Shown piece after piece: positions 12,942 to 26,184 of a stretch of 64,000 nucleotides of DNA (positions within the stretch are counted from its first letter, which is position 1; each line of letters begins with the position of its first letter). Source of the DNA: Stylophora pistillata. Taxonomy: Eukaryota. The position numbers were made by a program, and so were the translations under genes. The notes below the pieces were generated by a model. The model had not been told where the DNA came from. It did not search any database and saw nothing but the letters and a program-made list of their open reading frames with translations. The stretch covers positions 1 through 64,000 of the forward strand of contig NW_019218339.1 of NCBI RefSeq assembly GCF_002571385.2. The letters are read 5' to 3'.

Positions 12942-13199
12942 ACAAGCCAAATGGGATGAGTTTTACATCCTGCCCAACCAACACTACTGTACTACGTGGT
13001 AGGAACATGGTGTTAAGCTGCAAATCAGATGCCAACCCTGTGCCACATGTGTATCACTTTTATTTTAATGGTACCTTTATTGGTATGGACAACTTGAGTA
13101 AGTATACTGTCATAGTTCAAGCAGATGGAGTGTACACTTGTGTACCTTTGAACGCAGTTGGTACTGGTGGCAATACCACCATTGCTGTCATAGCAGTCG
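12942..13199 (+). CDS. Gene 1 intact Ig exon (type B, no C-strand Trp)
   Basis: 258 bp, phase 1-1: LSCKSDANPVPHVYHFYFNG..GVYTCVPLNAVG. Confidence 0.7.
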
Positions 13200-14113
13200 G
13201 TAACTAAAAAAATTGTTCTACAAATTTGTTCTTTTAACCACCCAGAACTAAATAAATATGAATATGAACATAAAAGTATTAAGGACAATTGCCTGGTTGA
13301 TTAAATTAATCTTCCTCCTTCTACAGAAAGTGGTTTTTTGTACACATTAAAGTGGCTGTGAAAATAGGATTTAAAACCCCTTTATCTATTAGATATACTG
13401 TAATTCCATACTTTTACAGATAAATGTATTTTTTGATCATGAGAAGAATTCAACTGTTATTTTTGGGGGCAAACTTTGGAGGAAGTTCTAAACAGAAAAA
13501 CTCTTAGATAAACAGAAAATTAGTTGTCTATTTTTAGACTATGTAGCTCTCCATGTACTAAAAAATCAAAATTTAAGAAGCTGATGAAAAATTATGGAAC
13601 ACTCAGCATTAGGAATCAAACAAAAAAAAAATAAAAAAAAAATAGAATAATGAATAGATGAAAAGGCTCAAACAGAACTTTGCACACTTGTGGGCAAGTA
13701 GCCTGACCTTCTGTTTTTTAAGTGAAGCACTATCAAGATATTTTTGTGAAAACTATTTTTTCTTGTACATTATTGCTACAAAAGATGAATGAAGGTAAAT
13801 TTGTGTCGAAAGTGCACGTTTAAACAGATTTATATGTGCCTGTGCAGCTCGTGTTTCTTAAGTTTTACCTCCTTGTTGCACACAATCATACAGGTTGTGT
13901 CCTATGAAAAAAAAAAGATCTAAAGAGCTAAGGGGAACTGCTCCCCCTGATTTTTAAACCAAACCCAAGGAACCAAGATTCATTTTTAGTTGCAAAACAA
14001 TAGCAACCCTGCATTACACTGAAGTATCAATCCACTGCTATACTACCAGTAAAAGTATTGCTTAAATAGTCATATAATAAAGTAATTGTTATTTTGTCTT
14101 TCATCTATTTCAG

Positions 14114-14380
14114 ATGCACCTTTAGTAGATGTTTTCCCAGCCACAACCTATGTCAAAGAAGGAAACAACATCGCACTGTCATGCAATACATCTGGAAAAC
14201 CAGCATCTGTTATAGCATGGACTAAAGCTGGCTTATTACAAGTTCTTTCTCACACTTCTCTGTTGTCAGTTGTCAATGTGACCAGACCTGGGAGAGCAGA
14301 CAACATGATCCATTATCGATGTACAGCCAGTAATGGAGTGGAGACACCATCCACAGCCACAGTCAACATCACTGTCCATT
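14114..14380 (+). CDS. Gene 1 intact Ig exon (type C)
   Basis: 267 bp, phase 1-1: LSCNTSGKPASVIAWTK..HYRCTASNGV. Confidence 0.7.
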
Positions 14381-17300
14381 GTGAGTTCCACTCTGTACCT
14401 CTGTTACCCATCGAATTTATAGTTTTTTTTTTCATGAAGTGTCTATCATGTTACTTGTACATCCAGCCAATTTTTTGAATCCTTTTTTTAAGCTTAGGGA
14501 TACTGTAGCACTGAAGGATAGTAGAGTTACATTATTGTAAAACTAAATAAGCCACAGGAATGACTATTAGGCCAGGCATGAAGTGCTCATCCTTAAATTT
14601 CATCACAATTTTTGTTCATGCTGTTTTTTTTTTTAAGGAAGCCTCATTTCTTAACTGCATGATATCCATACAAGGTTTAGAGATTTCCACTTATGAATTA
14701 TGAATAATAAATGATTTTTATCATAACTAGAAATTTCATGCACTCTGAAAATACAGATAAGAACAAAAGCAGTGTTTGTAGTAGTTTATTAAGGTACATG
14801 TCATTGATCTGAATAGGGTATGATTTGCTCTGAAATCCTGCACATGATTTGAAAATTGAACAAGCATCCAGCATGACTTTGTTTAATATCACTAGTATGA
14901 TTTTGACAAAAATTGCCTGACTCATTGCATCCAGTTTTGAAATCACAGTCAAGGTTATTTGCAGACTACATGTATGTACTGAAATACACATAGAACTGGA
15001 TTCAAACAGATGGTTTTTTTATGTATTTTTTCCTTATTGTCATGGTATAATTTTTATATGCTGAAGACTGTATACTTGTGGTGTTCCTCGTTTTATCTCT
15101 ATTTAAGTTCCCCCAGATATGATCATGCTCCATACTCCATGAGGATATTTCTTGAGTTTATCTAAATTTGAATGAATTATTAGACTAGTTTAAAAAATAT
15201 TATTTGAAAGAGGATTTATACTACAAAATGTTTCTGTGATTAGCTTTCAAAAATGTCTGCAGTCATAATTCACACATGTTTCCTCTTGTTGTTACTACAC
15301 TTGTACTTACAATAGTTATTCCTTACAGGTATTCACACTGGTTCTTTTTGGTACACACTTAAAGAGTATTTATCTACCCAGGAGTTAATCTTGACTGAAC
15401 ATTTCATCCTCCATTCAAGTGCTTTCAATTACCTTAATAATAGATCCTTATCTTTTTCCTTCTCTGGGTAGCACACAAGTCCACGCCATAAATATAATTG
15501 AATTTCATTTCCTTAGATTTACCAAAGGCTGTAGCTCTGCTAACAACTCCAGTCAATACTACGGTGCTATGTGATAGTGCAGTGATGCTGAAGTGTGGTG
15601 TGGATGCCAACCCTGATGCTTATATTTATAACTTCTACTTTAATGGCAACTTTATTGGTAACTGAGCAGCTTTGGTGTGTTTAGCATCAGTGTGACGGAA
15701 GATGGAGAGTACACGTGTGTTCCTGAAAACACAGTAGGCAAAGGAAGCAAGGCTAATGTCAGCATCACTGCCACAGGTGGGTATTGAGTCAGATTATAGG
15801 TTGAACTTAAGTGATAATAAAGTTGAAATGAAAGGTTGTCAACATTTGTTTGCAGTTAAGGTTACTCTGAAGTTTGTCCTCAGCCCCTGAGACTAAAAGC
15901 AAAAATATTTAAGGATATATGTGGTTAGTAAATTTTTTCAGGCAAATTTGATATGACTCGGGTTGGATTTTATAACTTGTAGAGTTTTACAAAGGCCGGT
16001 ACGTAGATCAAGTCTGAAAAGAAAAACTTTCAATTTTTTCCCATAATTATCATATAAACTACAGGACACAAGAAAGTCAGGAAACAGAATTAATTGCAAC
16101 ATCAAAGGTGAGAATTTTTTGTAAGAATGCTGTCAATATTTAAACTCCAAGATTCATTACATGACTATTTCAGTAGCTTTGTAAAAGAACTGTTTGAGTT
16201 GCACAATTATTCACTATGTTTTTAGATAATTGAGAAACATAGAGTTATTATGAATAGTGTGCCAGTAGTATCTCTTGATAAGATAAGATGAGATAGGAAC
16301 TTTATTTAAGTGTCAGAAATACTTTGGCATAACCGCTAATTCAGGGACACCTGATCAAAATGGATCAGAAAGTGGCTAGGTCATTTTTTATCCATTGTTA
16401 TCTTAAAGTATGAAATGTTTCTTTTCTCTCTGATATGATTGTAGTGGCTCCATCAGTGCATGTATCAGTCTTGGTAGTGGTTATAGATTTCATTGAGCTC
16501 TAATGTATCTGGTAAACCTGAACCCAGCATATCATGGACAAGAATTGGTAGTTTGGATGTTCTCTCTATTTTACCAGATGTCATTAACTATTAAGAATGT
16601 GACCAGACCTGGGAGAGCAGACAACGTGATCCAGTATCGATGTACAGTCAATAATGGAGTGGGAACACCAGCTACATCTGCAGTTAATGTCACTGTTCAC
16701 TGTAAGTGGAAAACTGCATTAAATGGGGAAGTTTGTGGATAAGAAAAGAGCACTGTGGCCACAAATCTGTATTTTTGTAAAACATCCTGATGTCTCTCTA
16801 AATACCAGCTGTATACCTGTATTATTTCCTTAACTCTCCAAGTAATTATACAGTTGTTGTTGTAAGTTGTGAAAATGAATACACGTACTATTAGGAGGAA
16901 TAAGGAGAGGATGGTTGGATAAACCAAATTTGCTGTCACATTTTTTGTCCTCAGTGGACCTTTGAACAAGTAAAACACTGTACAATGGAAAATTATATAC
17001 ATTTGTGATAACATTGTGGTCTGGTAAGGTAGAAGTGGGTTCTTACTGGTCACTTTTCAAAAAGAAACATACAGTGTTATTATATTGGTAATCATGCATG
17101 AAACTAATCTTACATCATCCATTATTTGTCCCTGCAGTTCCCCCTGGTATTGACCATGCCCCATCAGCTTATCAAGTTGTAGAAGGAAGTGGGGTGACCC
17201 TGTTCTGTAATGCTACTGGAAATCCAAAGCCTGGCATAACTTGGACAAAAGAAGGAAACAATAGTGCACTGTCCACATCAGAGACTCTTACTCTGACAAA

Positions 17301-18040
17301 ACTGATTAAAGAAGATGATGGGTTTGTTTAAAAATGTACTTCAGCAAATTATGTGGGATTAGCTCAAGATACTTCCCAAGTTACTGTCTTTTGTAAGTTT
17401 CTTATAATGTAAATATGCTAAATGTACATTACGATAGTTCTTGTTTGTAAGTTTGATCTTACTTACACAGGCCAGTACAAATGCTATTGTTTCATTTTAT
17501 CCCTTAGTTGAGTTAAAACTAGGTAAAACTTTTTTGTAGTTTTCTGGTAATAATTATGTCATGATTTATTAAGGCCAGATAACTGCATATGCTCATTATT
17601 ATATAATGCAATGAATGATGTATGATGATATTATCACTCACTGACTTGTCCAAGGACCAATCAAAATATCAAACCAAAAGATGAAGGGAATATGTTTGGT
17701 CTATCTGACTTTCTATGCTAACTTGAGGATATTAATTTTGTTACAATAACAGTTGTTGTTCATGACAACATCATTAGCCTAAAATTCACCCATCAACATT
17801 TGTACTGTGACATTATTAAGTCTTTGTTACCTTATTGTTGTTTTCATGAGGGTATTCTATTCAAGTCGGTGTTTTAGGAATACTTACCAATGGAAATGAA
17901 ACAGTCTACAAGCAAGGCTTTGGGGAAAAATGATGTATTTGGAGGTTTATAAGCACAAGGCCTGTTACTCTTTTAGCAGTGTTAGTATTAGTGTGTCAGT
18001 ACTGTTCTGTTGTCGTTTGAAAATAAATATGTATTTGCAG

Positions 18041-18292
18041 ACCCACCACAGCCTTCCATACAACTTTGCCCTAGTCCAGTAACTGAAGGAGACAATGTAA
18101 CGTTATATTGTAATGGGACTGGCAATCCATCACCTCACACAGCCTGGATAAAGTCTGGAAAGACTCTGGTGACAGACAGTGTATATGTTATAACAGCAAT
18201 TAACAGAAGTCAGGCTGGAATGTACCAGTGTATGGCTTGGAATGGAATCATCAGAAATGTTACTTTTAACTGCACCACTGAATTTGTTCACT
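18041..18292 (+). CDS. Gene 1 intact Ig exon (type E)
   Basis: 252 bp, phase 1-1: VTLYCNGTGNPSPHTAWIK..GMYQCMAWNG. Confidence 0.7.
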
Positions 18293-18840
18293 GTAAGTTA
18301 AGTTATACCTTGTGAGTCTTTTACTGTACATTTTTCTAGCTGAATCCTAAACTTTTGCCAATATGCGAACATTCATTTTCTTTTATTTGATTTTTCCACC
18401 CAAAAGATGCTCCAACATCAAGCATGATTACAACTGTTCTCACAAACACAACAGTGCTATGCAGTAGTACAGTGATGCTGAAGTGTGGTGTAGATGCCAA
18501 TCCTGCTGCCCATACATATAACTTCTACTTTAATGGCAAACTTATTGGTAACAGCAGCTCTGGTGTGTTTAACATCACTGTGAAAGAAGATTGAGAGTAC
18601 ACTTGCATTCCTATCAACAGCGTAGGTGCAGGAAGCAATGCTAGCTGTCTGTATCACGTCTGTTGGTGAGTTTCAAATGAGAATGCAGCCTTAAGAATGA
18701 CTATTTAAAAAATTAATATATTAGTACTTAATGGCCATTAATGATTATTATAACTGTAAAGGATGCATGCACAATATCCTTTGTAGATATTTGATAAGCT
18801 ACAATTTTAAGAGACTACTCAGGTGAAGTGATGTTAGAAG

Positions 18841-19826
18841 GGGAGATGACAAAATGCAGAGCCCTACTCCATGGAGTACCCTATGGAGTACCTGGATGGA
18901 GTACCCCTAAAAATAATGTTTTAGTGAAATAAAATACTTTATGAACATGGTGAATTGTTTAGATGTACATATCCTGATATATTTGGAGCTTGTCAGCTCT
19001 CTGATTGTTACAGTTCGATGTAGTACACGAATTGTCCACCATCTTGAAATTAACATTAAACTGCTGACCACTTCCAACGGAAAGCTTTAATGTAGCTAGC
19101 ATCCATGAACGTTGTCGTTAATAGGCCGACTACCATGTATTTTTATATGATCTTCCAGAGGCCAAAAGGACGGACAACCTTCATTCTGCAACGGGTTTTA
19201 CGTCTTCCAAAATACCTCTTTATGTGTGGCGTCTGTAAGAAGTGTGGCTTCCCATTTAATAACATATGACCTCATGGGTTTCTTAATTGTGCGAAACGAT
19301 GAGGATACAAGCTTACATTTGTAGGTTGAGACTAAAAAAAGGTAACCCATATCTTAAAACTGAGCTTCTCCTTACCCATCTATTTGAAGCGCAATAAAAT
19401 TGAGGTATGTAAACAAACCCAAAAAAACCGTGAGGGGTCAGCAAATAAATCCAACTGGGGTCGTTGATCTGGGAAATGCAGTAAGCTTAACTTTTACCTC
19501 ATGCAGAAATTGAAACAGTGGGTTTTGTTTATCACATGGAGTTTTTTCTCTTCTCATCAAAGGACTCATTACACAGCGGTAAAACCAAAATGGAGGAACC
19601 AGTAAGACTGGGAGCCCTAGTCAACTGTCCCCAAAAAAACTGGATTGTATCGAACTGTGACATTCAGAGAGCTGGTAAGCTCAATATATTTTAGGATATG
19701 TACATCTAAACGGTTCACCATGTTCATAAAAATTTTATTTGACCAATACATGACATTTAGGGGTACTCCATGAAGGTACTCCATAGGGTACTCCATGGAG
19801 TAGGGCTCCGCATTTTGTCATCTCCC
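18841..19826. mobile_element. Non-autonomous DNA transposon with ~185-bp TIRs and 9-bp TSD (Mutator-like)
   Basis: GGGAGATGACAAAATGC.GAGCCCTACTCCATGGAGTACC at both ends, inverted. Flanks TGTTAGAAG (18832-18840) and TATTAGAAG (19827-19835). Confidence 0.8.
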
Positions 19827-20823
19827 TATTAGAAGCAAGGTTGATGATGGTAATGCATCAGAATCATTCAAAGATATCAAATCCATCCTTGAAGTATTGA
19901 CTTTCTGTTTTAGGCTTGCTAATTAACTATTCATGGTGTAAATGGCCTGTTCCCTAATGGTGCAAACTGAGAGATAGAAATAGTTATAGCACTTTTAATT
20001 CTTATCATCTTACAATTAAGGAGACTAAAAATTTTGTCTAAATGCATGTTTATCAATTTGGGCTCCACATCTTTACCTGATATATGTTTTCAAGTGCTAG
20101 TGTTTTTTTTACAGTATTTTTATTTCTGAGTCAGTGGCCCTTGTTGTGGAAGAGGTTGCTCAAACTGGCAAGGTCAATGATGTTTCTAGCACTAGGCCTT
20201 CATCAGAGCAATGACAAAGGGCTTGTTAAATGTTAGAAACATGAGCATTGAAACCCCTAATGTGTCCAATTGACATTTAACTACTGGGTTGATAAAAGCA
20301 ATATTTCTATGTGAAACTCCACCAGAGGCAGCACCACAGTTTCTTTAGAAAGTTACCCCCTTTAGCTTATGTTATATAGAAGTTGTGTCAGTTTTTTAGT
20401 TTGTTTATGTAACTCTTTGCTTTTATAACTAAACTTTTCTCTTCCTTGGTTGATGATTGCTTTCTTTATTCTCATGACCTAGGTGTCTGATTAAACAGTG
20501 ATACTGACAGAGAGAGAAGTTAGATGTTAGTCACTCTTGGGGATGAGAGGTTTAAAATGATTCTCTGCTCTCTGTTATGATTTTAGTGGCTCCATCAGTG
20601 CATGTGTCAATCTCTGCAGTGGTTATAGAAGAAGGAGGTAACATTAAAAAAATTTTCATTGAGCTCTAATGTATCTGGTAAACCTAAATCCAGCATATCA
20701 TGGACTAGAATTGGTAGTTCCAAAGTTCTCTCTATTACCATCATTAACCATTGTGGATATGAACAGACCCAGGACAGCCGACAACATAATCCAGTATCGA
20801 TGTACAGTCAGTAATGAAGTGGG

Positions 20824-20967
20824 TGTCGAGTTATTCAAGAGACAACAGCGCGCTTGCGTTCATAAACTGCCATGTTTTATTCTCCTCCCCATTTCTCCAG
20901 TGCGCATGCCTAAATACCGAACAACACACGCACGTGACACATAAGATCAAAGTTCAGTAACACAACA
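20824..20967. mobile_element. 144-bp solo-LTR-like insertion inside an Ig exon
   Basis: TGT...ACA termini with 5-bp TSD GTGGG (20819-20823 and 20968-20972). Removing it restores colinearity with the paralogous exon at 16445-16701. Confidence 0.7.
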
Positions 20968-21495
20968 GTGGGGACACCAGCTACAGCTGCAGTTAATGTT
21001 ACTGTTCACTGTAAGTGGAAATTGCAGTGAAGAGGGCAGTTTGTACTAGACATTGAAAGTGAACACTATGGCCTTAAATTTGTAGTTGCATTAAGCATAC
21101 ATTCAGATTTCTAGGACATAAATTTGTGATGGCAAATATATCTCAAATCTGCTTGCTACTTGAGTGTTCCAAACTTAAACTCTCCAAGGAATCATACAGT
21201 TGTACTAGTAAGGTTTCAACAAATAATGAAAATATCATAGCAGAGTGACTAAGAGAATACTTTTGGTTTACATGTATCTTCATGTGCACAAATTTGTTTG
21301 CCTGAATTCCATGTAGAGCTTATTTCAGGATTTTACTTGCAATTCCATTCATTATACTAGTTATTAATACTTATAATGAAGTGATACTGCTCTAGACTTG
21401 TAATATAATGATAAAAATGTCTTTACAGACCAACCACAGCCATCCATACAACTTCGCCCTAGTCCAGCAACTGAAGGAGACAATGTAACATCATA

Positions 21496-22028
21496 TGATG
21501 AACCTTTGTACACTTGGCAGTATTTGTGTTAACAATCATAGTTATTTTTGTTTCTGTCCAAAAGATCCAGCAACATCAACCATGATTACAACTGTTCCCA
21601 CAAACACTATACAGTGCTACATGGTAGTAGATTGGTGCTGAGGTGTGGTGTAGAAGGGAACCCTGATGCTCATGCTTATAACCTCTACTTTAATGGCAAC
21701 TTTATTGGTAGCAGTAGCTCTGGTGTGTTAAACATCAGTGTGAAGGAAGATGGAGAGTATACTTGTGTTCCTGTCAACAAATGAGGCATATGAAGCAATG
21801 GCAGTGTCCGTTTGAATGTAGTTGGTAAGTTTGATGAGGAGCAGATTGATAAAGAAATGAATGTTTTGATACACGAAAGGGTGCATCCCAAAAAAAAATG
21901 TTGAGAAACTACAATGAGTGATGTATCTATGGGTTCAAATAAAGAGGTAATCCATGATGTTTGTGTATTATACTTATCCAGTGAGTTTTCTCAACAATAA
22001 GGTTTTTCAGGTTTCCCAGAACTCTACT
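21496..22028 (+). repeat. Near-identical segmental duplicate of ~23626-24157
   Basis: The intron and exon sequence GATGAACCTTTGTACACTTGGC...CCCAGAACTCTACT is present twice. Confidence 0.85.
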
Positions 22029-22522
22029 NNNNNNNNNNNNNNNNNNNNNNNNNNNNNNNNNNNNNNNNNNNNNNNNNNNNNNNNNNNNNNNNNNNNNNNN
22101 NNNNNNNNNNNNNNNNNNNNNNNNNNNNNNNNNNNNNNNNNNNNNNNNNNNNNNNNNNNNNNNNNNNNNNNNNNNNNNNNNNNNNNNNNNNNNNNNNNNN
22201 NNNNNNNNNNNNNNNNNNNNNNNNNNNNNNNNNNNNNNNNNNNNNNNNNNNNNNNNNNNNNNNNNNNNNNNNNNNNNNNNNNNNNNNNNNNNNNNNNNNN
22301 NNNNNNNNNNNNNNNNNNNNNNNNNNNNNNNNNNNNNNNNNNNNNNNNNNNNNNNNNNNNNNNNNNNNNNNNNNNNNNNNNNNNNNNNNNNNNNNNNNNN
22401 NNNNNNNNNNNNNNNNNNNNNNNNNNNNNNNNNNNNNNNNNNNNNNNNNNNNNNNNNNNNNNNNNNNNNNNNNNNNNNNNNNNNNNNNNNNNNNNNNNNN
22501 NNNNNNNNNNNNNNNNNNNNNN
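22029..22522. other. Assembly gap (N-run)
   Basis: ~494 N. Smaller gaps at ~6283, ~25457, ~29416 and ~39134. Confidence 0.99.
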
Positions 22523-22526
22523 GTAG

Positions 22527-22781
22527 TTCCCCCAGGTATTGATCATGCTCCATCAGCTTATCAAGTTGTAGAAGGAAATGAGCTGATTCTTTTCTGTAAT
22601 GCCACTGGAAATCCAAAGCCTGACATTACTTGGACTAAAAAAGGAAAAAGCTGTGAACTGCCCACATCAGAGACTCTTACATTAACAAAGCTGACACGAG
22701 AAGAAGATCAATCTATTTACAAATGTGAGGCAAAAAATTATTTAGGATTGACACAAGTCTTTACTAAAATTACTTTCCTTT
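22527..22781 (+). CDS. Gene 1 intact Ig exon (type D)
   Basis: 255 bp, phase 1-1: [29 protein letters not shown]. Confidence 0.7.
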
Positions 22782-25700
22782 GTAAGCTATACACAGTAAA
22801 TATATGTAACATATTTTGAATTCTGTATTGTTTGTACGTGATAATAGTTATACAAAGCAGATGATTCTGTTCCGCTTCTTTTTTTTCGTTATTAACTTTG
22901 TCGTGTGCTCTTGTGTGACATGTTATGATAACGTGGTTTGATCCAAAAAGTCAATTGCATGTCTTTAAATGATTATGTAAAACAAGGTAAAAGAGGAAAT
23001 CTTGATGGATAAAATCCAACCACATTAATAGTGTTACTCCCCCATCCAAGTCAAAGATTAATTAAACCAAGAGCAGCTTCATTTTCCTGAATTCTAATGC
23101 TATTTCGATGATGTCTGCATGTCTTTACAGACCTACTACAACCTCCAATACAACATTGTTCCACTCCAGTAAATGAAGGAGACAATGTAACATTAAACTG
23201 TAAGGGAAATGGTAATCCATCGCCTCGCACAGCCTGGATAACTTAGTCTGGAAAGGTTCCTAGTGACAGGCAGTGATTATGTTACAACAACAATTAACAG
23301 AAGTCAGGCTGGAACATACCAGTGTATGGCGTGGAATGGAATTACGAGAAATGAAATCTCACACTGCACTGTTGATGTTCACTGTAAGTTAACTTTGTAC
23401 TGTAAGACAATAGCTCAGTCTGTTTGTGATGTTTACCCTCCTAGCCCCGGTTATTTGAAGGGTGAATAACACTATCCACTGGATAAAACTCTATCAGGTG
23501 GATATAATCACTGGATAATCGCTGGACAGCGATTTGTCTGGTGGATAGTGTTATCTGCCCTTTATACAACTGGGCCCTGTAAAGTACAACTGCCCTGTAA
23601 AGTACATTCTGGTAATGAAAATCTGATGAACCTTTGTACACTTGGCGGTATTTGTGTTAATAATCATAGTTATTTTTGTTTCTGTCCAAAAGATCCACCA
23701 GCATCAACCATGATTGCAACTGTTCCCACAAACACTATACAGTGCTACGTGGTAGTACATTGGTGCGGAGGTGTGATGTAGAAGGGAACCCTGATGCTCA
23801 TGCTTATAACCTCTACTTTAATGGCAACTTTATCGGTAACAGTAGCTGTGGTGTGTTTAACATCAGTGTGAAGGAAGATGGAGAGTATACTTGTGTTCCT
23901 GTCAACAAATTTGGCATAGGAAGCAATGGCAGTGTCAGTGTGAATGTAGTTGGTAAGTTTGATGAGGAGCAGATTGATAAAGAAATGAATGTTTTGATAC
24001 ATGGAAGGATGCATCCCAAAAAAAAAATGTTGAGAAACTACAATGAGTGATGTATCTCTGGGTTCAAATAAAAAGGTAATCCATGATGTTTGTTTATTAT
24101 ACTTATCCAGTGAGTTTTCTCAACAATAAGGTTTTTCAGGTTTCCCAGAACTCTACTAACTGAAAATTATCTGCACTCTATGTTGGTACTGACTAGGATT
24201 TAAACTGATGCAGTGCCTGATCAATGAGTGAATTATTATTTTTGTCATTGTTTTACTGAGATTCAGATTGACAGTTTTTGTATACATGCATCTCTGATGA
24301 GCTTTATCCTTCTCCCTGATGATCATCTTATCCAGTTCTTTGTCATAACTTATTGCATTCACGATATTTTGTATCAGTGTCCCCAGTTGCTGAGGTTGTT
24401 CTTCAAGCTGGCACAGTTGAGGAAGGTGGAAACATTACCTTGATCTGTAACAGCAGTGGTGTTCCTTCTCTATCTGTTGTCTGGACTCAAGTTGGAACTG
24501 CAAAGGTTTTGTAGGCAGACCAGGGACACCAGATAGCGTGAACCAGTATCAGTATACAGCCAGTAATGGAGTGGGTTCACCTGCTACAGTTGTAGTTAAC
24601 AACTGTTCATTGTGAGTTGATAACTTCATAATTATATATAATTATGTGCTGCGTGGTTATCTGTTAATTGTACCAGTATTGCATTTCATTACGAAAAGGC
24701 TCTGTGCTTGAAGAAGAAGAAGGAGAAAAACAGGAGAAATAGAGGATATTTCATGGCCACTTGGAGATACTGATAACATGTTATTTAAAAAAACACCTTA
24801 TATTTCACACGAGATGATCTTTATTTTCACGCGTGAAAACGAGATCTGTTGGTCGATGTTGATCTTGCTTGAAGGCTTTTTTTTTTTCTGCAAATACATA
24901 CATGTTTCAAATTGTAAGTAATTAGTTACTTTAAAGGTCCTCCAGAGACAGTCAGATATCTCTATCCACGACAGTCGTCACTGAAGGTAGCAATATCAAA
25001 CTTGTCTCCCAAACTACTGGGAATGTATGACCAAATATAACTTGGACTAAGATGGGACGTCGAGGGAACTATCAGTTCGAAATTATTCATCTCATCCATA
25101 TTTGTTCAAATCTACAACAAAGACTCGATCATAGAAAGATGTGTTTCATATACTGTAGGGTTGTGTTTGGGTGTAAAGTGAAGTATCTCATTCTTTTAAT
25201 CTGATCAAATCCTGCAGAGATAGTGACTAATCCTAAAGACCAAGCGTTGAGGATAGGAGAGAAAACAGCTCTATCTTGTGACGCTGTTGGTAAACCTGTG
25301 CCGAACATAACCTTCTCTGGAGAGAATGTCACAGTTGTCCACAGCAAGAAACTTGTTGTCAACAGCTCCCGTATAACTTATTTTAAGATCTACACATGTA
25401 CAGCATTTAATGTAATACAGACACCAGTATCTGTCACTGCGACTGTTACTGTGTTGNNNNNNNNNNNNNNNNNNNNTAGTAAACACCTGCTTAACATCAA
25501 TGTTTGCTTGTCTCGCTTGAAGATGTCCAATAATTGAAATTTTCATCCATTACATGTATTTAAAATATTATTTTCACTCAGAAGGTCTATAACTTTGGTT
25601 GGCATGAGAAAGAGAAAGTGTTCTCTATTAAACACAGTGTCTTTCCAAATTTCTAAAAATGGCTCCTGAAGAGTAAGTTTGAAAAAAGGAGCAAAATGGA

Positions 25701-26184
25701 ACACATATTTGTTAAATGCAAATAGAAGATGCAGGCAGACGGTTCTTCTACGAAGCCAATTAAGATTAATTTCTAAGTGACAACAAATGATCTGACATGT
25801 GTCTATCTAATAGATATACATTTTTCATCACCGTTGACAAGTCATATGTGTGAATAACAAACTTGTTGACAACCAAAGGCCTAGATACAAATCGAAAGAA
25901 ATGGCGTCAATCGATCGTGAAGTTTTTAGCACTCCAAATTTACCGTTAGCCTCCAAAATTGTTTGATTCGCGCTACGTGACGAAATCTGATACTTTTCCT
26001 TATCGGCGACCACAACATTTTGGAGCTATATGTACGAACGAAACTTTGCTTTGAGAATGTTTTATGAATAATAATGATCAGAGTTACGGCGTAAAGGAGA
26101 CAACACAGAACGTTTACCGTGCGACTCGTAAGGTAGGATAACTATAAAACTTTCAGAAGTCCTTAACAGTCGAGTAATACTTAC

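Larger units (their letters stand above)
10449..25456 (+). pseudogene. Gene 1: multi-Ig (I/C2-set) IgSF gene, mostly disrupted tandem exon array
   Basis: Phase-1 AG..GT Ig exons: 10449-10693 (frameshift), 12942-13199 (intact), 14114-14380 (intact), 15517-15776 (frameshift), 16445-16701 (degenerate), 17138-17392 (TAA at 17329 replaces Tyr of YxC), 18041-18292 (intact), 18407-18665 (TGA at 18592), 20587-21010 (degenerate, insertion), 21565-21824 (frameshift and stops), 22527-22781 (intact), 23131-23383 (stop), 23693-23952 (frameshift), 24378-24611 (degenerate), ~24938-25080 (degenerate), 25218-25456+ (open, donor lost in N-gap). Confidence 0.8.

Noticed and set aside
18860-18910. CRISPR-like short repeats (ATGGAGTACC)
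   Set aside because: Subterminal repeats of a transposon TIR in eukaryotic DNA; no spacers or cas genes.
21927-22616. Three long ORFs (179-229 aa) in the ORF track
   Set aside because: Artefacts of the N-gap (mostly X).
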